A stretch of DNA of 40,931 nt. It comes from Oscillospiraceae bacterium (GTDB lineage Bacteria; Bacillota; Clostridia; Saccharofermentanales; Saccharofermentanaceae). Both the position numbers and the translations under genes were made by a program. The notes under the pieces were generated by a model. That model made no database searches, had not been told where the DNA came from, and saw only the letters and a program-made list of their open reading frames with translations. The stretch's first letter is position 1; every line of letters starts with the position of its first letter. Shown here in pieces: positions 35,724 to 40,931 of this stretch. Where the stretch lies: positions 1 through 40,931 of the forward strand of contig CADCQX010000417.1 in NCBI GenBank assembly GCA_902803695.1, given 5' to 3'.

Positions 35724-37145
35724 ATGAAGATGAAGAAGATTATTGCTTTGGGCGTTTCCATGGCAATGGTTCTTGGTGTAGTTGCTGCATGTGACGACTC
35801 AAGCACATCTGAGACAACAGCTGCTACAACAACAGCTGCTACAACAGCTGCTCCTGATGACAACGGTGGCGATACACAGCAGACCGATGATCAGCAGGCT
35901 CCTGTTGATGACAGCGGTTCTTTGGCAGGTTTCACAGATCTTGGTGCACAGGCTGCTACAAACGACGGTACAGACCCTATTTTGGTATGGTCTTGGAACG
36001 ACGAGGTAGGTGACTACATCAAAGAGTATTCCAACGTTAACTTCACATACGAGAACGTTGGTGGTGGTAACCAGAACACATATCAGGAAGCTCTCGAGAA
36101 TGCTTTGGCATCCGGTGACCAGGCTCCTGATCTCTACGTTACAGATGCTTCTTGGACACAGCGTTACATCCAGTCCAACAACTCTGTACCTGTAAACGAT
36201 CTTGGTATCGATTACGCAGACCTTACAGACATGTATGCTTACACACTCAACTTCTCTGATGATGATGAGGGCGTAATCAAGGGTCTCGCATGGCAGGCAA
36301 ACCCTGCAGCTGTTTTCTACAACAGAACAGTTGCTCAGGAGTACCTCGGCGTTTCTGAGCCAGAGGATGTTGCTCCTTACTTCGCAACATGGGATGCATT
36401 CCTTAAGACAGCACAGGATATCAACACAGCTTCTAACGGTGAAGTTAAGGCTCTCTCCGCTATCGAAGATATGTGGCAGCCATACCAGAATACTCGTACA
36501 CAGCCTTGGGTAAAAGATGGCGAGATCGTTATCGACCCAGCTTTGGAGCAGTACTTCGACTTCGCTAAGACTCTCTATGATGAGGATCTTACATTCATGA
36601 CAGGTCAATGGAACGATAACTGGACAGGTAACGCTTCCAATGACAAGGTTCTCTCTTTCTGGGGACCAATGTGGCTCGGCCGTTTCTCACTTGCTATGTC
36701 TAACCCAGACAACCCGACATATGGTAACTGGGGTCTTGTAAAAGCTCCTGTAGATTACTACTGGGGTGGTACATGGATGATGGCATCCAGCACATGTGAC
36801 ATGAAGGCTGACGCTGGTCAGATCATCTCTGATCTCTGTATCAATCCTGATAACCTCAAGGATATGGCTACAGCTAAGGGTGAGTACGTTAACTCCGTAT
36901 CCATCATGCAGGCTATCGCTGAGGATTCTTCCTTCGGTCTCGAGTGGCTCGGCGGACAGAACCCATTCACAATCCTCTTTGATGTTGCTCAGGGCATCGA
37001 CTACTCCACAATCGGTGTTAACGATGGTCCTATCAACGATTCATTCTCATCTGCAGTAGGTTCTTACTGCTCCGGTGACTATGCAACAATCGCTGATGCT
37101 GAGGCTGCATTCAAGACAGAGGCTAAGGAAGCTGCTGGATTGTAA
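35724..37145 (+). CDS. Oligosaccharide ABC transporter solute-binding lipoprotein (family 1)
   Basis: GGAGG RBS; lipobox 'VAAC'; motifs 'VWSWNDE', 'APDLY', 'FYNR..A', 'TWDAF' and 'YYWGGTW'; Trp-rich. Confidence 0.92.
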   Translation: MKMKKIIALGVSMAMVLGVVAACDDSSTSETTAATTTAATTAAPDDNGGDTQQTDDQQAPVDDSGSLAGFTDLGAQAATNDGTDPILVWSWNDEVGDYIKEYSNVNFTYENVGGGNQNTYQEALENALASGDQAPDLYVTDASWTQRYIQSNNSVPVNDLGIDYADLTDMYAYTLNFSDDDEGVIKGLAWQANPAAVFYNRTVAQEYLGVSEPEDVAPYFATWDAFLKTAQDINTASNGEVKALSAIEDMWQPYQNTRTQPWVKDGEIVIDPALEQYFDFAKTLYDEDLTFMTGQWNDNWTGNASNDKVLSFWGPMWLGRFSLAMSNPDNPTYGNWGLVKAPVDYYWGGTWMMASSTCDMKADAGQIISDLCINPDNLKDMATAKGEYVNSVSIMQAIAEDSSFGLEWLGGQNPFTILFDVAQGIDYSTIGVNDGPINDSFSSAVGSYCSGDYATIADAEAAFKTEAKEAAGL

Positions 37146-37175
37146 TCCACTAATTACAGACTAAAAGTTTCTGAT

Positions 37176-37210
37176 GCGGGGCAGGGCAAAACCCTGCCCC
37201 GTTTTCCTTT
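37176..37210 (+). terminator. Intercistronic hairpin / partial terminator after the SBP gene
   Basis: GCGGGGCAGGG-caaaa-CCCTGCCCCGT followed by TTTCCTTT. Confidence 0.8.
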
Positions 37211-37251
37211 GTTAAATATTTGGGCAATAAATATTATGGAGAGTGACAAAG

Positions 37252-39750
37252 ATGGCACGAGGCACAGCAAAAAGTACTGCACGCCGTAAAAGAGGAGTAA
37301 GTTATTCCAAGTGGGGCTATATTTTCGTAGCACCTTTCGTTATCGCTTATCTTATTTTCAGTTTCTATCCTCTTATCAACACGTTCGTTTTCAGTGCCAG
37401 CAACATGAAGAGAACAACTTCAAGTTTCTGGGGCTTTGACAACAAAGACGTTTTTTACGACAGATATCTGAATCTTAATGATCTTTATACTGACGATTTT
37501 GATAATCGTACAGGATTAGATTCAACTTCCTACAAGAGACTTCGTGAGTATTTCGATAAATATCAGAACAATGCCGATTCTTTGGATCCGCTCAATGAAG
37601 AGGGTATCAAGGCTATCGTAGAATATGCCAATACCAATGACGGCGAAGAGAAATACTCAGTAGAGGCTGCAAACGCAGCTAAAAATGCTTTTGACAACAA
37701 AGACTTCTCACTTCTTATGGGTGAGCCTTATGACGAACTCGTTGCATGGTTCGGTAACTATAAGAATGAGACAATGATGAATATGAAGGCACTCGCTAAC
37801 ATCAAGACAAGACTTGATGCCATTACAGAATCTTCATCTGATGAAGAAGAGTCCAGCGAAGATGCCATGACAGAGGAGTCCTTCCTCCAGAGCGACGAAT
37901 ATACTGAATTCGTTGCATCACTTGATTCTACGGAGTTCAATCCCGCACAGCAGGCTTTGCTCGATTACCTTTCCGGTTATCTCAGTAAGGCTCTTGACGG
38001 AGATTACACAGTACAGTCTTACTTCAAGGCTGTTTCAGACGGTAAGATCTCTATTACTGATCCGTCTTTCTACTACACATGCTATACACTTGATAAGACA
38101 AAGATCAATTTCGCGGAAGAGGATGCAGATGAGAAGATCGAATCCAACATCTCAGTTCCTTTCCTGAGCAATCTTGAATCATTCCTTATCGAGAATTCAT
38201 GGAAAGATACTATCAACGCACTTAACTCTTACTCTGATCTTGATGCTTACAGCAAGGGTGAGAAAGATCTTCATGATGATGAAGAGCAGCTCTACGCTGA
38301 CCTTAAGACACTCCAGGCTGCAGGTATCATCAATATCGTTCCTCTCGTAAAGAACGGTGATGAGATCACAGAGTCCGATGATTATCTCAACAACAAGCTC
38401 CTGGCTTACAGAAGATACATCGATACAAAGTATGAGACCAGCGATGTTGCTATCGCAGCTGCTTCACAGATCTCTGCTATCAAGAACTTCGGTGATCTTA
38501 CTTCTGAGGGTGGTTCACCTAAGAAGTTTGAGGATCTCGGTATAAACATCTATTCCATGATCTCCTACGACGGTACAGTCAATATCGAGAAGTACCGTGA
38601 GGTTAAGAGCATACTTGGTCTTTCCGAATCTTTGAACTTCGCTTCTTATCAGAGACTTGATAAGGAACGTAAGCAGGCAAATATCGATAAGTACCAGGCT
38701 CAACTCGACGAGAACAATGCACTTCTTCCTGATGCAAAAGCAGCATATGAGGCTGCTAAGGCTACAGGCGATAAGGATCAGATCAAGGATGCTTTCGAGG
38801 CTTTGAGAAGAGTTGAGAACAACATCATCGAAGCTAACGAGAACATCAAGAATCCTACCGGTATCCTTTCCAAGGTTGATTCCAGTAAGTTCTATATCTT
38901 CTGCGGTTTTGAGAACTACAGACAGATCTTCAACAGCAAATCAAGATTGGATACAGTTGTCGGTTCATTCGTTAATACCGCAATCTTGTGGGTAATCGGT
39001 TTCATTCCTCAGATCGGTCTTGCTCTCTTGCTCTCAGCATGGTTTACAGATAAGAAGATCAAGCTCAAGGGTCTTAACTTCATGAAGGCTATGATGTACC
39101 TTCCTAACGTTATTACCTCAGTTACGATCGCGGTCTTCTTCCGTAAGATATTCATGTACTCTTCAGGTGGTACAAGTTCAGCTTCACAGTTGTTCCTGCG
39201 TAACGTACTTGGTATTTCCAAGGGTTACAACTTCTTCGAGAGTGCATGGGCTACAAGATTCATCATCTGCTTCATCAACTTCTGGATGTGGTACGGTAAT
39301 ACAATGATCACTTTGATCGCAGGTATCACTTCCATCAGCGAATCACTTTATGAATCTGCTCAGATCGATGGTGCTAACTCTTACCAGACATACACCAAGA
39401 TCACATTGCCGCTCTTAAGACCAATCCTTCTTTATACATTGGTTACATCTATGATCGGTGGTCTCCAGATGTTCGATATTCCACAGTACATCAACCAGAA
39501 CCCACCACGTATCAACTTCAACGGTACGATGATCAGATCTACAAGAACGGTTCTTATGTACATCAACAGTTTGGCATTCGGAACTTCAAGCCACAAGTAC
39601 GTTGGTATCGCTTGTGCAACTTCCGTATTGCTCTTTATAACCACGACCATCCTTTCTATCATCGTCTTCTACATCATGAGAGACAAGGATGCTGCTGCGG
39701 CTAAAAAACTTGCAAGAAAAGCAAAGAAAGGAGCAAAGGCAAATGGCTGA
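37252..39750 (+). CDS. Carbohydrate ABC permease (MalF-like) with ~490-aa extracytoplasmic insertion
   Basis: 'WGYIFVAPF..YPL' precedes the insert; 'FCGFENY', 'YLPNVI', 'WMWYGN', 'YESAQIDGA' and 'IGGLQMFD' follow it. GGAG spacing favours ATG 37252. Confidence 0.88.
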   Translation: MARGTAKSTARRKRGVSYSKWGYIFVAPFVIAYLIFSFYPLINTFVFSASNMKRTTSSFWGFDNKDVFYDRYLNLNDLYTDDFDNRTGLDSTSYKRLREYFDKYQNNADSLDPLNEEGIKAIVEYANTNDGEEKYSVEAANAAKNAFDNKDFSLLMGEPYDELVAWFGNYKNETMMNMKALANIKTRLDAITESSSDEEESSEDAMTEESFLQSDEYTEFVASLDSTEFNPAQQALLDYLSGYLSKALDGDYTVQSYFKAVSDGKISITDPSFYYTCYTLDKTKINFAEEDADEKIESNISVPFLSNLESFLIENSWKDTINALNSYSDLDAYSKGEKDLHDDEEQLYADLKTLQAAGIINIVPLVKNGDEITESDDYLNNKLLAYRRYIDTKYETSDVAIAAASQISAIKNFGDLTSEGGSPKKFEDLGINIYSMISYDGTVNIEKYREVKSILGLSESLNFASYQRLDKERKQANIDKYQAQLDENNALLPDAKAAYEAAKATGDKDQIKDAFEALRRVENNIIEANENIKNPTGILSKVDSSKFYIFCGFENYRQIFNSKSRLDTVVGSFVNTAILWVIGFIPQIGLALLLSAWFTDKKIKLKGLNFMKAMMYLPNVITSVTIAVFFRKIFMYSSGGTSSASQLFLRNVLGISKGYNFFESAWATRFIICFINFWMWYGNTMITLIAGITSISESLYESAQIDGANSYQTYTKITLPLLRPILLYTLVTSMIGGLQMFDIPQYINQNPPRINFNGTMIRSTRTVLMYINSLAFGTSSHKYVGIACATSVLLFITTTILSIIVFYIMRDKDAAAAKKLARKAKKGAKANG

Positions 39751-40795
39751 TAATAACGAAAACCTGAACAAGGTTACAGATAAAGTCGAAGAAGAAGTTA
39801 AGGCCTCCGAGGCTGCTGTTTCCGAGAAGGAAGAAGCAGTAAAAGAGACAGTAGAGAAAGCTTCCGAAAAGGCTTCTGAAGTTTCTGAGGAAACAGCAGA
39901 GACAACATCAGAGAGTGCTGCTGCTCCAAAGAAAAAGATGAAGAGTATGAAGGCCGCAAGAGCTGCTTATTCAACGCTCGTTTATATCGTTGTCGGCTTC
40001 TTCACGATTCTCGCTATCATTCCTTTCGTATACATGATCTCCAATGCAACGTGGGATACATATACGATCACAACATCCCTTAAGATATGGCCTAACTTCG
40101 GAAATCTTATCGGACAGACAGTAAAGAACTATCACGCTCTCGTTGACCGTGCGACATTCAGTTTTGCAGTTGGTTTCAGAAACTCATTTATCATCTCTGT
40201 TTCTTCAACTACACTTTCTGTTTATTTCTCTGCACTTACCGCTTACGGTATCAAGGTCTACGACTTCAAGGGAAGAAAGACTCTCTTCGCTATGATCGTC
40301 GGCGTTATGATGGTTCCTGCAGCAGTCAACATTACAGGTTTCTACAGACTCATGCACAGCATGCACCTTCTCGGTACACTCTGGCCATTGATCCTTCCTG
40401 CGATCGCTGCTCCTGCTACAGTATTCTTCATCAAGCAGTATCTTGATTCTTCACTTTCAGTTGAGATCATCGAAGCTGCACGTATCGACGGTGCAAACGA
40501 GTTCTTTACATTCAACAGGATCTGTTTGCCACTGATGATGCCGGCTATTTCCACACAGGCGATCTTCTCCTTCCTCGGATCATGGAACAACTTCTTCGCT
40601 CCTTCGATCCTCCTTGTTACGAGTGAGACAAAGACATTGCCTTTGATGGTTGCAGCTTTGTACGGTGACCGTTACACGGACATGGGTGCCGTTAACCTTG
40701 GTCTTTCCATCTCGGTAGTACCAATCATCATCGTTTACTGCTTCCTCCAGAGATACATCATTTCAGGTGTTTCTGCAGGTGGTGTTAAAGAGTAA
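39743..40795 (+). CDS. Carbohydrate ABC permease (MalG-like) with acidic N-terminal extension
   Basis: 'FRNSF', 'EAARIDGA', 'SWNNF' and 'LQRYIISGV..GGVKE'; ATG 39743 overlaps the upstream stop. Confidence 0.92.
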   Translation: MADNNENLNKVTDKVEEEVKASEAAVSEKEEAVKETVEKASEKASEVSEETAETTSESAAAPKKKMKSMKAARAAYSTLVYIVVGFFTILAIIPFVYMISNATWDTYTITTSLKIWPNFGNLIGQTVKNYHALVDRATFSFAVGFRNSFIISVSSTTLSVYFSALTAYGIKVYDFKGRKTLFAMIVGVMMVPAAVNITGFYRLMHSMHLLGTLWPLILPAIAAPATVFFIKQYLDSSLSVEIIEAARIDGANEFFTFNRICLPLMMPAISTQAIFSFLGSWNNFFAPSILLVTSETKTLPLMVAALYGDRYTDMGAVNLGLSISVVPIIIVYCFLQRYIISGVSAGGVKE

Positions 40796-40818
40796 GATAC
40801 TCTTTCTCGAAAACTCTG

Positions 40819-40848
40819 AAAGGCTGTCCGTTTTCGGACAGTCTTTTT
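40819..40848 (+). terminator. Intrinsic terminator
   Basis: AAAGGCTGTCCG-tttt-CGGACAGTCTTTTT. Confidence 0.9.
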
Positions 40849-40931
40849 AGTACCATAAAAAGTGTAATTGTTAGAGAGTAATTAACTCCGACAGTTGCAC
40901 TTTTCTTATAATACGGGGAGTAATTGGCCTG

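Noticed and set aside
37395-38900. Intein or mobile intron in the permease
   Set aside because: No HN/C splice-junction, LAGLIDADG or RT motifs were seen.

Overview
A 41-kb chromosomal window, almost all on the + strand, from a Gram-positive (Clostridia-like) bacterium. The taxonomy is inferred from GGAGG RBSs, sigma-A promoters, lipoprotein SBPs and DUF4214-type surface proteins. Contents in order: (1) three secreted surface proteins (Ig-like repeats; CAP+Ig; CAP+Ig+21 MBG-like repeats), all ending in a Thr/Pro/Ser linker plus a ~245-aa DUF4214-like module; (2) an 11-gene ABC-dependent glycan operon (gmd, rmd-like reductase, wzm, wzt with C-terminal domain, four GT4 glycosyltransferases, a coiled-coil SAM methyltransferase and two small proteins related to its N-terminus), with manC nearby; (3) a lone PD-(D/E)XK-like gene preceded by a helically phased array of four alternating-orientation 26-bp units; (4) a hybrid operon joining importer parts (792-aa SBP, MalF/MalG-type permeases) to exporter parts (membrane-fusion protein, MacB-periplasmic-core protein), behind OmpR/BceR-like boxes; (5) three lipoproteins; (6) a sugar ABC importer with a structured leader and a permease carrying a ~490-aa insert. 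No rRNA, tRNA, CRISPR, transposase or phage genes were seen. All family calls come from motif recognition by eye, not from database searches.
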